A stretch of 42,577 nt of DNA from a virus (IMGVR_UViG_3300002026_000032:80351-122927); one strand, 5' to 3'. Positions 27,735 through 37,099 are shown, counted from the stretch's first letter. The notes: generated by a model from the sequence alone, not told the origin. Numbers and translations are program-made.

Positions 27735-29318
27735 TTAAAAATTTACAACCATCAATGGTACATTTGCATCATCAAAATCAAAGTCATCGTCATCATCGTC
27801 ACCATACAAATCATTTGGATCATATATGTTATCGAAGTTGTAATAATCCAGTTCATCCTCATCATCACTATCATACCCAACCGAATCCAGAATATCTTCC
27901 CAGAATGGCGTCAGCATTATGTAACAACCCCACAATAAACTGGTGACACAGTCGTCGTTGCCCGATGATGCCCCGAACACACCAATTCTCTGCTCTTCAT
28001 ATCGAGATAGTTCATTGATAGTGTCTACATCGACAATCTTTAGATACCCACTCTCAAGATAATCTTTCATATGAACATGAGCTTTAGCCTTGTTGCCTCG
28101 ATTGGCTCGAACACCATATTCATTCTTATCATCAACAACCATATTTTCATATTCAAGCTCTTCATACAGTTTGGTTGCTGTCACCGACCCCACATCGTTT
28201 GTTTCGATCAACATCCATGCTTCATTGTACCATTCAGCGACCGATTGGATAACTGATGCAAACTTGGATGGTGATATTGTATTGGATGAATACACCGCAA
28301 CCTGTTCTAATTGATATGGACCATTTATCTTCAAGACCTGAATCACTGAGTAGTCAGATCCAACCCCCTTCCCAACGTCAATACCAAGCATGTAGTGACA
28401 CCCTGTAACAGGTTTCTGGTAAATTCTAAGAGCCCCATTCCATTTTAGATGTGACGGATCTACTGATTTCATTCGACCAAGAATATGACCTTCAACGAGC
28501 GTCGATGTTGATCCAAGGAATTCACATTCATATTCTTGTTTGAATGATACGATTCCAATATTCTTGATTTCCTTTTGCCGCCATGCTTCGTCTCGGCCGG
28601 GGATTTCCCAATATGGAACTTCGATGCGGTAGAAATCGGATTCTGGATCTCGAGCTCGCTGCCAGAAATCATAGTAATGATTCATACCCTTTGGTGTTGA
28701 TATGATGATCAACTGAGTGGTTAATCCGGCTGATATTACTGGGTATGCACCGCGAATGAAATCATCTGCTATGTGATTTGGGACCTTAGCAAACTCATCA
28801 AGGATCAATAGATTGATGGATTTACCGGTGATTGATTCACCAGATGTTGATCCAATGATGACTTCACAACCATTTTCGAGTTTTATTGATTTCTTGTTCC
28901 ATTCTTTGACACCCTGTTGCATCCACATTGGTAATCTCTGGTATGCAAACTTGATACGATCTAGCATCTCCTTAGCACCACCCTCTTGGTTAGCCAGAAT
29001 TGCCACTCGCTTATGTTGATTGAATAGAATGTACCAAAGGATGTATAATGCAACTACAGTCGATTTACCCGACTGTCGGCCTATCTTGAGTATTAAATGC
29101 CTCTTGTTATTTGGTGTGTTTATGATACATTTAAGGATCTTCTTCTGGAATTCACGGGGATTCATTAATTGAATCCCATGGTCTAGTGTGGTGATCATGT
29201 AATAGTACATTGCAAAGAATATAATATCCATGGATGATCGAATATAATTCAGTCGATCCTCTTGAGTTAAATCATAGCTCTCATTTTCCCCTCGAAGACC
29301 TTCTATATTGCGATACAT
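27735..29318 (-). CDS. gp17: Terminase large subunit
   Basis: Walker A GRQSGKST, Walker B LLILDEFA, ISTPKG motif, nuclease GIDVGKG..SDYS and DDCV. Confidence 0.97.
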   Translation of the reverse strand: MYRNIEGLRGENESYDLTQEDRLNYIRSSMDIIFFAMYYYMITTLDHGIQLMNPREFQKKILKCIINTPNNKRHLILKIGRQSGKSTVVALYILWYILFNQHKRVAILANQEGGAKEMLDRIKFAYQRLPMWMQQGVKEWNKKSIKLENGCEVIIGSTSGESITGKSINLLILDEFAKVPNHIADDFIRGAYPVISAGLTTQLIIISTPKGMNHYYDFWQRARDPESDFYRIEVPYWEIPGRDEAWRQKEIKNIGIVSFKQEYECEFLGSTSTLVEGHILGRMKSVDPSHLKWNGALRIYQKPVTGCHYMLGIDVGKGVGSDYSVIQVLKINGPYQLEQVAVYSSNTISPSKFASVIQSVAEWYNEAWMLIETNDVGSVTATKLYEELEYENMVVDDKNEYGVRANRGNKAKAHVHMKDYLESGYLKIVDVDTINELSRYEEQRIGVFGASSGNDDCVTSLLWGCYIMLTPFWEDILDSVGYDSDDEDELDYYNFDNIYDPNDLYGDDDDDDFDFDDANVPLMVVNF

Positions 29319-29920
29319 TACAACAACTCCACGACTGCGGCATACAAATGCTTACATAGCATTAGTTCACCATCAGAATTAGTCCGACTTCTCGATGGTA
29401 ATGCCAATGAATGTTCTTTAGTTGACATGTTATTTGGGTGCTGTTTGAATACAAGACCCGCTTTAAACATATGACCGTGAATTCGGTAGTAGAAGTCATC
29501 ACATGTACAATATATTGCCTTAATTTTGTCGCTATGATGGACGATATACCCACGATATTTTGATTGTGAGCTTGAACCAACAGAATACCGGAATGTATTC
29601 CCCTTTGATGGTCTAAATCTGTAATTGGATTCAGCAATGAACTCAACTACATCACAATCCTGCCCTGATTTATACAAATCATCTGCCATGATCTGACCGG
29701 TTACTGCCCCATTGGGTGCTCTCATCATTGACTTCATATATGCAAGTAATTTTGCCTTACGCCGGACATACACCGATATGTCTCGGTTCTTACGACGAAC
29801 CCATCGTTTGATATATGTTATTCTATTGGTACTGAATGTCATGACATCACGACTTAAACCGGTCACATCCTCCGATTCGGTCAGTAATTGTTCATTATCG
29901 GCGAATATTTCATCAATCAT
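29318..29920 (-). CDS. SWIM-type zinc-finger protein (200 aa)
   Basis: CTCDDF...CKH SWIM pattern (C-x-C-xn-C-x-H). Overlaps both terminase genes. Confidence 0.8.
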   Translation of the reverse strand: MIDEIFADNEQLLTESEDVTGLSRDVMTFSTNRITYIKRWVRRKNRDISVYVRRKAKLLAYMKSMMRAPNGAVTGQIMADDLYKSGQDCDVVEFIAESNYRFRPSKGNTFRYSVGSSSQSKYRGYIVHHSDKIKAIYCTCDDFYYRIHGHMFKAGLVFKQHPNNMSTKEHSLALPSRSRTNSDGELMLCKHLYAAVVELL

Positions 29921-30425
29921 CGCTCACCTCAAATGAAGCATCAATAGCATTCATGAAATTTTGTGATTTGGCCTGTGATATCATATCCAACAAATCCTTT
30001 GCATTCATTTGTACGGTACCGGATTTCAGTGTTGATGGATTTTCAGCTTTCTTGGCGTCATTATGAACCTTCATAATCTTGATTCCAATCTCAGCACGAG
30101 TCTGATATAATGTTCTCAACTCCCGCTGCTGTGCTGTCAACGCATTAATCATCTCCGCGGTTGCTGTAACCATACCAGGACCAATGCCAATCTGTATCTG
30201 TTCAGATAATGTGGTCATTATCTTATCTGTCGTTTTAATCGACTTCAGCATGTGTTCTTTAAGATCCTGAAAATCATCACCATCATTGATCATTTCAACT
30301 AATGATGTGTTCTCGTGTTTTACGGTATCAATATCATTGGTAATATTCATTAAGTCAAGCACACTCATATCATCATCTGGGATTCCAAATGACTGATCAA
30401 GTGCATCAAATTGATCTTTCATCAT
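29913..30425 (-). CDS. Terminase small subunit, gp16-like
   Basis: Helical protein upstream of the large terminase; PGMVTATAEMINAL resembles the PR..EV...L motif. Start placed at ATG 30425 (GGAG RBS); the track start is 30455. Confidence 0.68.
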   Translation of the reverse strand: MMKDQFDALDQSFGIPDDDMSVLDLMNITNDIDTVKHENTSLVEMINDGDDFQDLKEHMLKSIKTTDKIMTTLSEQIQIGIGPGMVTATAEMINALTAQQRELRTLYQTRAEIGIKIMKVHNDAKKAENPSTLKSGTVQMNAKDLLDMISQAKSQNFMNAIDASFEVSDD

Positions 30426-30426
30426 A

Positions 30427-31164
30427 CTAAGCGTCTCCTGGATTGTAGATATCATCCAACCGAATGATTCTCTTCTTTAGTTGAGCTTTACTGTCATCAT
30501 CAATAGCAGTTAATTCAATGATATCAACCAATTGATCCCGCATAAGTGGCCGATATGTGAACGCTTCAACTGTGAATGGTAAACTCGCAGTGATATCCCT
30601 CTTTCGATCGGATATGTTTATTGGTATTCCCCATTCAGGATTGATCGTTCCATCACAAACCACATTATAATCACGCTCAATGTTTATGAACGGGAATTCC
30701 TTTATTCGAAGCTTCTTTGCCGGTGAAAAATAAGGGATTATCGACTCAATTATCTGACATAGGTAATCGTATGAATGACTTTTCATCTGTAAACTGAATG
30801 ACAAGTTGTGTGGAGTCGGCTGATAGTCCAATAAACTATCTATATCACCAAATCCATAGATATTTCTCCAGTCATTTGGACTCTTTATACGATCAGTGGC
30901 TAGTGATACCCCATTTAACATCATGGCTAATCTTGGGGATGTCTGATAATATCGTTTCATCATCTCAACATCAGCTGATGATACAGAATGTTGTTCAGTT
31001 CGATCCATATCAGCTTTGTTGATAGGGCCAAGCATGATTGGGACTCTAATAATCTTGGTTAAATTACCATCTTTATCATGTGCATGGACATCAATATCAC
31101 GAAACCAGTTTGTGAGGGCTGTTGTGGCATTTTTGATCGTACTGACATAGTAATAAGTTTTCAT
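30427..31164 (-). CDS. gp15: Tail completion / sheath stabiliser, gp15-like
   Basis: YY..TIK...AL..WF.DI.V...IRVPIMLGP...PRLAM...PTPHNLSF.L...QIIESIIPYF. ATG overlaps the upstream TGA. Confidence 0.87.
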   Translation of the reverse strand: MKTYYYVSTIKNATTALTNWFRDIDVHAHDKDGNLTKIIRVPIMLGPINKADMDRTEQHSVSSADVEMMKRYYQTSPRLAMMLNGVSLATDRIKSPNDWRNIYGFGDIDSLLDYQPTPHNLSFSLQMKSHSYDYLCQIIESIIPYFSPAKKLRIKEFPFINIERDYNVVCDGTINPEWGIPINISDRKRDITASLPFTVEAFTYRPLMRDQLVDIIELTAIDDDSKAQLKKRIIRLDDIYNPGDA

Positions 31165-31946
31165 TTCCACTCCGATGTGATGCTAAGTAAAAAGTCGTTT
31201 CGCGTAACACCCATTGGACATAGTTTTGAAATTTCGGTTATTTGCTTATTTGATAATGGAACTATCTTCGACTCAAACATAATTCTTATACCATCATTAT
31301 TTGATTCAATGTAAGCTCCATTATGCTTAAGTTTCTTTGCTGAAACATTATATTTATCCGCAATTATCTGAGCTGGAGTTTTACTCATAACAGTTGATTC
31401 ATTCAAGATGCTAAATCGATAGTTTGTTTTAACCGATTCAAATTTTACTTTGGTTTCAGTTGGTTCAACTTCCTCAATCTCATCTTCCACATCAAGCTGT
31501 CTTGGCTGAATTTCTTTCGGCTGCTCTTCGTCGGTTGAATCATTCGGATCCACAGTCTGAACTTCATCAGTATCGATATCAATTTCATTTGAAGCTCCCT
31601 TAATTTTAGTGAGGAATTCAGACTCATCATTGACTGGAAACACTTCAGAGTTTCTAAGTCCCCATGGCCCATCTTTCTGCCCTCTGATGTATCTTTCGGC
31701 AATTGCTCGGTCACCTGAGGATGAATCGATGATGGCTATGCTCATACCCTGCCCATTATTCTTAGCAGTTAATGCTTCACCAGCCACATGGAATTTTCCA
31801 TCCCAATAGAATTTGACCTTTGTGTTTGTGAGTGTCCCTGATTTAACGATTCTCAATTCGGTATGATTATCAGTTACCTTAAACTCAATTTTAGGCTGAC
31901 TTTCGCTTTCCAAAAGATACCTTGTAATCTTATCCATAATGCTCAT
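31161..31946 (-). CDS. Hypothetical protein (261 aa), possible prohead-protease substrate
   Basis: GAGG RBS; LLE-S, KFE-S, LNE-S and MFE-S motifs; acidic linker. Confidence 0.75.
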   Translation of the reverse strand: MSIMDKITRYLLESESQPKIEFKVTDNHTELRIVKSGTLTNTKVKFYWDGKFHVAGEALTAKNNGQGMSIAIIDSSSGDRAIAERYIRGQKDGPWGLRNSEVFPVNDESEFLTKIKGASNEIDIDTDEVQTVDPNDSTDEEQPKEIQPRQLDVEDEIEEVEPTETKVKFESVKTNYRFSILNESTVMSKTPAQIIADKYNVSAKKLKHNGAYIESNNDGIRIMFESKIVPLSNKQITEISKLCPMGVTRNDFLLSITSEWK

Positions 31947-31955
31947 CTAATCACC

Positions 31956-32765
31956 TCATGCTATAATGATATCGAAGTATTCACTCTCACCCTGAATGGT
32001 CTCAACTACCTTCTCATATTCAGACTGATAACTGGAGAATATCTCGTCACCACCCATTTGAGATCCATCAGGCATTGCGACTTTTATCTTACGGAGTCGT
32101 TTTCCCCATGCAACACCAGCCATAGCCACAGCAAGTTCTCTAAAATTCTGAAGATTATATAAATCATCAAGTTTCAAATTATTGAAAGCTGATAAAACAC
32201 CGGTAACTGACATTCGAGGGGTTGGTGATATTTTCAGTACCTTTTTACCGGGGATGTATCGAACATTGAATGTCTTTCCAAATGTTCTACGGATGTCACC
32301 GAGATACATCATCGCGGTTTCATAGTCCTGAAGTTGCATTCCCTGACCAAAGCCACCACCACCTGTGTATCCACCCATTGACATTCCACCCATACCACCC
32401 ATTGAATTCATCAATGCATTTGTTGGGCTGAACATGGTAGCAAATTCACCAGATGAATTGTCCGCGGTATTACTAAATGAGTACACATAATCAATATCAA
32501 CATCGAGAAGATTTCCATGAGAATCGCGAAGATCTTTAATTGGGATTTCTGATTCACCACCAGGGAATGTTACCACGAAATAATCTTGGTAATATCCTTC
32601 ACCACCAGCATATCTAATGTATTTATGTCGAGCATTATGTATCTGCTGTTTAACTGTTTCCGGATACAATTCTACATTTATTTCCGGGAATCCGAGTTCT
32701 CGGAAAACGTAGTCTGTCATTTCATCAATATTGTGTATCTCATCATAAACTTTAAACTGATCCAT
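31956..32765 (-). CDS. gp13: Neck protein, gp13-like
   Basis: DYVFRELGFPEINVEL...QQIHNA...WGKRLRK...MPDG..MGG..I motifs. Confidence 0.87.
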   Translation of the reverse strand: MDQFKVYDEIHNIDEMTDYVFRELGFPEINVELYPETVKQQIHNARHKYIRYAGGEGYYQDYFVVTFPGGESEIPIKDLRDSHGNLLDVDIDYVYSFSNTADNSSGEFATMFSPTNALMNSMGGMGGMSMGGYTGGGGFGQGMQLQDYETAMMYLGDIRRTFGKTFNVRYIPGKKVLKISPTPRMSVTGVLSAFNNLKLDDLYNLQNFRELAVAMAGVAWGKRLRKIKVAMPDGSQMGGDEIFSSYQSEYEKVVETIQGESEYFDIIIA

Positions 32766-32785
32766 CGTGAGCTCCTTTTATCTAC

Positions 32786-32793
32786 TATTTATA
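32786..32793 (-). promoter_or_regulatory. T4 late promoter (TATAAATA)
   Basis: Perfect consensus upstream of gp13. Confidence 0.8.
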
Positions 32794-32801
32794 GCCACAT
32801 C

Positions 32802-32829
32802 AAAACAAAAGGGAATCTTTCGATTCCCT
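32802..32829 (-). terminator. Intrinsic terminator after the endonuclease gene
   Basis: Minus strand AGGGAATC-GAAA-GATTCCCT then TTTGTTTT. Confidence 0.85.
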
Positions 32830-32834
32830 GTATG

Positions 32835-34508
32835 TTATTTGATGTATTCAAACTTCAGATTTCCTGAATCATAGATCCTCAGAAATCCACGCTCCTTCAT
32901 TATCTCTCGCTCAGTCTTTGCCTTATCATCTGGTGTTACTGCGATGACATTCTTCCTGTATTTGAATCGATGCTCACGCTTTCTATCCCGCTTATCGAAG
33001 TAATAATAACCAGGATCGGTGACTTTTATCAATTTGAACCCGGTTGATAGATAAGCATTCTTATGAAAGTTGGTCCATGATCGATCGGCATATGTAATCA
33101 ATCGATCCGGTTTACAATCACCCATGAACTTCTTTATCATCTTTGATAATCCACCAACAACTGTATAACCCAATTTAGTGGAAAATCGATACAGCTCATA
33201 ACCAGCACCAGCTTCATTCATACTTACACGAGTTTTTCCGAATGTTGCGACTGATATCAATTCACCGTTGTGGTATAAGCCATAGTTGAATGACCCCGGA
33301 GCTCCAGACCCTTGTATATGATTTTTTGTTGTAAACTTCGATGCATCCGAATTTGAGATTTGTTTCAACTTGGTTTTTCTGGCACCAATCTTTATCGATG
33401 TTTGTAATAGTGATTTCAATCGACTTTCAACTATTCTTCGATTATACAACCAATCATCCTCAAATATTTGAATTAGATGTATCCCAACACTTTCACATTT
33501 ATTGAGTTTATTGATATGGTAATCTTTATCAAGATTTTCATCGCTATGCCAAAATAATCCATTAAATTCAAATGCTATTGATAAATCTGGTAAATATATG
33601 TCAAGTTCTAATGGTTTAATTGCGGTTCGATCGTTACGTTTTATACACCCGTCATACAATGACTGTATCATCTCAAATAACTCATGCTCTTGCATACTTT
33701 TACATTTTGGACAACCGGTATTTCCATATAGGAATGATGCAGCCTTAACATTGAAATCACCATGATACTTACAAGTTACTGTCACATCATCAACCATAGA
33801 TTTATATGCTGAGTTTTTATAGCTATATCTATCATTAGTGTGTATGGTTTCGGCGCGATCAATGAATTCGGTGGTTGTTAATAATTTTTGTTCATTGTTA
33901 CATACTGGACAGATATTACCAGCAAGATGATTCATTGGGTATACATCAAAATCCCCATGTGATTTACATGTTATCGTGACTTTCTGTTTCATATCAACAA
34001 CCACAGTTCTGGGATATTCAAATCTATCACCAAAAACTTCTACAGATCTTTTTATGAAATCTGTCGTATAAACTTTATTGGATTGATTATACTGATCTAA
34101 GTTGTGCTTCTTCACTTCAATGGCACATTTTTGACATCCACATTTTCCATGGATGTGAGTTGCAACCCTCTGTGTAAATTCACCATGATCCGGACAAATT
34201 ATAGTCATTATGTCTTCTGTTGATTTGGGTACAAATTCAACATACTCATATTTGTCACCATGGATAGCTCTAGACTTATTGACAATTTGAGAAAATGATA
34301 ATCGTTTATTTTCACCAACTTTCTCAGCTCGACATTTAGGACATCCACCACCACCAGTTCTAATATAATCCTCAACGCGTGGTTTGAAGGTCATGTCATG
34401 TTTGGTGCATCGAATATCTATTTTAATTTTTGTCCCGAACGATTCAGGTGATACTGAATAGTCTCGATCATCTCTACCAACTCTTAACCCAAGTTCGTCT
34501 CTTGTCAT
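32835..34508 (-). CDS. Free-standing Hef-like homing endonuclease (557 aa): Zn-ribbon repeats, PD-(D/E)xK-like nuclease and a GNAT-like C-terminal domain
   Basis: Four C..H/CxxC repeats (GCPKC, GCQKC, ICPVC, GCPKC). ELDIYLPDLSIAFEFNGLFWHS nuclease motif. NHIQG...YELYRF...VVGG.SK...TYADRSW. Start reassigned to ATG 34508 (GGAG RBS); the track start 34571 lies inside the terminator. Confidence 0.85.
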   Translation of the reverse strand: MTRDELGLRVGRDDRDYSVSPESFGTKIKIDIRCTKHDMTFKPRVEDYIRTGGGGCPKCRAEKVGENKRLSFSQIVNKSRAIHGDKYEYVEFVPKSTEDIMTIICPDHGEFTQRVATHIHGKCGCQKCAIEVKKHNLDQYNQSNKVYTTDFIKRSVEVFGDRFEYPRTVVVDMKQKVTITCKSHGDFDVYPMNHLAGNICPVCNNEQKLLTTTEFIDRAETIHTNDRYSYKNSAYKSMVDDVTVTCKYHGDFNVKAASFLYGNTGCPKCKSMQEHELFEMIQSLYDGCIKRNDRTAIKPLELDIYLPDLSIAFEFNGLFWHSDENLDKDYHINKLNKCESVGIHLIQIFEDDWLYNRRIVESRLKSLLQTSIKIGARKTKLKQISNSDASKFTTKNHIQGSGAPGSFNYGLYHNGELISVATFGKTRVSMNEAGAGYELYRFSTKLGYTVVGGLSKMIKKFMGDCKPDRLITYADRSWTNFHKNAYLSTGFKLIKVTDPGYYYFDKRDRKREHRFKYRKNVIAVTPDDKAKTEREIMKERGFLRIYDSGNLKFEYIK

Positions 34509-34542
34509 TTGACACTCCAATAATAAAAATGAATTCATGATC

Positions 34543-34571
34543 AATATAAAACAAAAAGGCTGGAGTGTCAA
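34543..34571 (-). promoter_or_regulatory. Sigma70-type promoter for the endonuclease
   Basis: -35 TTGACA (34571-34566, perfect), 17-nt spacer, -10 TATATT (34548-34543, 5/6). Confidence 0.72.
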
Positions 34572-34582
34572 CCCCAGCCTTT
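34548..34582 (-). terminator. Intrinsic terminator of the major capsid transcript
   Basis: Minus strand AAAGGCTGG...CCAGCCTTT stem then TTGTTTT, about 25 nt after the gp23 stop. Confidence 0.85.
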
Positions 34583-34607
34583 ATTTTACCAAATCATTAA
34601 TTTATGA

Positions 34608-36152
34608 TTAAGATCCGGTTCCAGGAAGAACGTTAACCATTGATCCAGGAATGATCGCATCAACATTCTCATAACGAATCATACGATAGTAACGACCAGC
34701 ACCTAAGAGGTTATGAGTAATTGAGTAACGGCTCATAACTCCGATGCGTGGGCTGAAATCGGCTGGGTTAATAGCCCGGTTTGTGAGAGCTGTAATAAAC
34801 GGTGAATAGATCACACCAGCTTCAGACAATCCAGCACCTTTATAACCAACGAGGGCATATGATTCAGTCGCATGACGGTCACGATAACAATCAATGGTTC
34901 CATTGAGCTTACCAATGTACGCAACAGATACGGATGGGTTTACTCCACCTTTATACTGTACGAACTGGTGACCAGCAGCCTGAAGTACAGTTGCGATATC
35001 CTGGGATACGATCACGAAGTTACCACCGTTACCACGACCAGTTGTAAGTGCAAGCACGTTCGCCTGAGACATGATAGTTGCAATAACAGTCATGAAGATT
35101 TCACCATTCCAACGACCGATTGCAGTACCAGAAGGCGCTGTAGTTGGGTCGAGGTCGATTGGTGAAAGCTGAGCTCCACCCATGTTTGGTGACATATCTT
35201 CGGATACGAACTTAACAACATCTACGATTTCACGGTCAAGCTGTGCATTCATCTCATAGTTGAGGGAATTAAGCATTTCCTTTTCGATGTTGAGACCCTG
35301 GTGCATAGACTGAATGTCCTGTGCAGATTCCAGAGAGTAGCTAGCACCCATTTTACGACCCTGAGCTCGGATAGCTCTCTGGGCAAGTTTGAATTCAAGT
35401 TCAGTCATGTGACCGGTTGCAGTTCCGGGGATACCGGAACCGAAACGAGCATCACGCATTACAAGACCCTCAGTATGTTTCAGAGGAGCACCCTGAGATG
35501 ATACTGTAAGAGCAGTAATGTTACCAACTACACCAACCGCAGCATTTGCAGCAACGATGGCAGCTTTAAGTTTAGTTTCATCAACTTTACCCTGTGCTGT
35601 GTAGATGTCAATTTTACGACCGTTTGCATCAATACCATTAAACTCACCAGCACCGATTACACCGGTATTGTCGTAAGCATAGATAACTTTCACGGTACCA
35701 GACTGATGTTGGAACTGAGGAACATTATCCCATCCAGCTTCAATATCAGTTCCCTGATAAACCATACGCATAGCAAACGCTACACCATAAGGCTGTTGCA
35801 TAGGCTGAACGGCCACACATTTGTGAGCGAACAGGTCTGGGAATGATCGACGCATAAGAGCAAGTGCAACTGGGCGGAATACGTTCGCCGGGTCGTTTGC
35901 ATATACGTTATCAGAACCCTGATATGCCATGTTATTTGTTCCGGTGTTAGCCCCTGGAGCCGCACCAAAGTTAGAAATTCCAGCATCCCAAGCTTCGGTC
36001 AACACACCAGCGCGACCAGAAAGGTCACGGGTTGCAATGTTTTCCATAAGCTGAGCCATCGAATCGCGGATGGTTTCATCTTTGATTGATGCTACTGAAA
36101 AGTCGCCAGCATCTTTTGATGCCCATTGTTCGAGAATAAGATTCTTTTTCAC
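34608..36152 (-). CDS. gp23: Major capsid protein, T4 gp23-like
   Basis: FRPVALALMRRSFPDL.A...VAVQPM..P.G..FAMR, RKMGASYSLE.AQDIQSMH, SPRIGVMSRY. GTG start with GGAGG RBS. Propeptide cleavage motif VLTE-A. Confidence 0.97.
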   Translation of the reverse strand: MKKNLILEQWASKDAGDFSVASIKDETIRDSMAQLMENIATRDLSGRAGVLTEAWDAGISNFGAAPGANTGTNNMAYQGSDNVYANDPANVFRPVALALMRRSFPDLFAHKCVAVQPMQQPYGVAFAMRMVYQGTDIEAGWDNVPQFQHQSGTVKVIYAYDNTGVIGAGEFNGIDANGRKIDIYTAQGKVDETKLKAAIVAANAAVGVVGNITALTVSSQGAPLKHTEGLVMRDARFGSGIPGTATGHMTELEFKLAQRAIRAQGRKMGASYSLESAQDIQSMHQGLNIEKEMLNSLNYEMNAQLDREIVDVVKFVSEDMSPNMGGAQLSPIDLDPTTAPSGTAIGRWNGEIFMTVIATIMSQANVLALTTGRGNGGNFVIVSQDIATVLQAAGHQFVQYKGGVNPSVSVAYIGKLNGTIDCYRDRHATESYALVGYKGAGLSEAGVIYSPFITALTNRAINPADFSPRIGVMSRYSITHNLLGAGRYYRMIRYENVDAIIPGSMVNVLPGTGS

Positions 36153-36182
36153 AATATTCCTCCTACTGTACCTTTTACTTAA

Positions 36183-37073
36183 TTAACCGAGTAAACGAGC
36201 ACCGGCGTTAACCAGACTTCGTTTCGATTCTGATAATGTTGAACCCTGTTCATCAACCTTTGTTTCAGCCTTGGTTGATTCATTGATCAGAGTTGATCCG
36301 GAAGTTTTAGCTCCGAGCGCAGATCCAGTTACTACTTTGGATTTGGTCTTTACCACTGCCGGTTTATCCGAGCTTTCCTTAAGAATCGCTTTTTTCTTAT
36401 TGTCCTGAGATTCCCGAATTAATAGTTTTGCAGCAACATCCTCAGATTCTTTCAGAATTTTAATCTGAGATTCCAAACGAGGTTTAATTTCCGCATACTT
36501 CATACCCTTAAATGATTCAAACAGAAGTTTTCGACTGTCATCAGATAGGGTTCGGGTAGTTTCAGACATAAGCAAATAAGCGGTAGTCTTATCGAGCTGA
36601 GCTGTCAAATTCGATACGCTCTCCATGAGATCATTTTGATCTTTCTTAAGAGTTGCGATTGTGTCGTTCATGAAGTTTGACTTACTAAAATCAATTCCAT
36701 TCTCAACCAAGACTTTACGCATACCTGTAATTACAGGAGCGAAAGCTTCAACCATGGCAACATTCTCAAGAAGTTCATCAGAGATCTGATCTTTAACATG
36801 GGCATCCAAAATTTCTGATACGGTGGCAATTGTGCGCTCTTCGAGCTGTTGCATTTTGCCATCATACTCAGTAATAAGGATTGAACGTTCTTTGTTGACT
36901 GCTTCTGTGAGTTTAGACTTGAAATCAGCCGCATATCGGGTATCAAGCTCTCTCTGAATTTTAGCTCGTTCAACAATGAGTTGCTCTTGCACAACACTGT
37001 TGACTGATTCAGTTAGGGCTTGAATGTCTGATCCGGTCATCACACCATTCAGTTTCTCAAATAATTCATTCAT
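36183..37073 (-). CDS. gp22: Prohead core scaffold, gp22-like
   Basis: Coiled coil between protease and capsid genes with many x-E-S sites (LTES, LMES, LFES, LKES, IRES, INES, LSES). Confidence 0.87.
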   Translation of the reverse strand: MNELFEKLNGVMTGSDIQALTESVNSVVQEQLIVERAKIQRELDTRYAADFKSKLTEAVNKERSILITEYDGKMQQLEERTIATVSEILDAHVKDQISDELLENVAMVEAFAPVITGMRKVLVENGIDFSKSNFMNDTIATLKKDQNDLMESVSNLTAQLDKTTAYLLMSETTRTLSDDSRKLLFESFKGMKYAEIKPRLESQIKILKESEDVAAKLLIRESQDNKKKAILKESSDKPAVVKTKSKVVTGSALGAKTSGSTLINESTKAETKVDEQGSTLSESKRSLVNAGARLLG

Positions 37074-37099
37074 ACCTTTATCTCCTTGTATCTACTTAC

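Noticed and set aside
34509-34540. Second TTGACA on the plus strand as an antisense promoter
   Set aside because: No -10 box at 16-18 nt spacing; the hexamer is the mirror arm of the inverted repeat.
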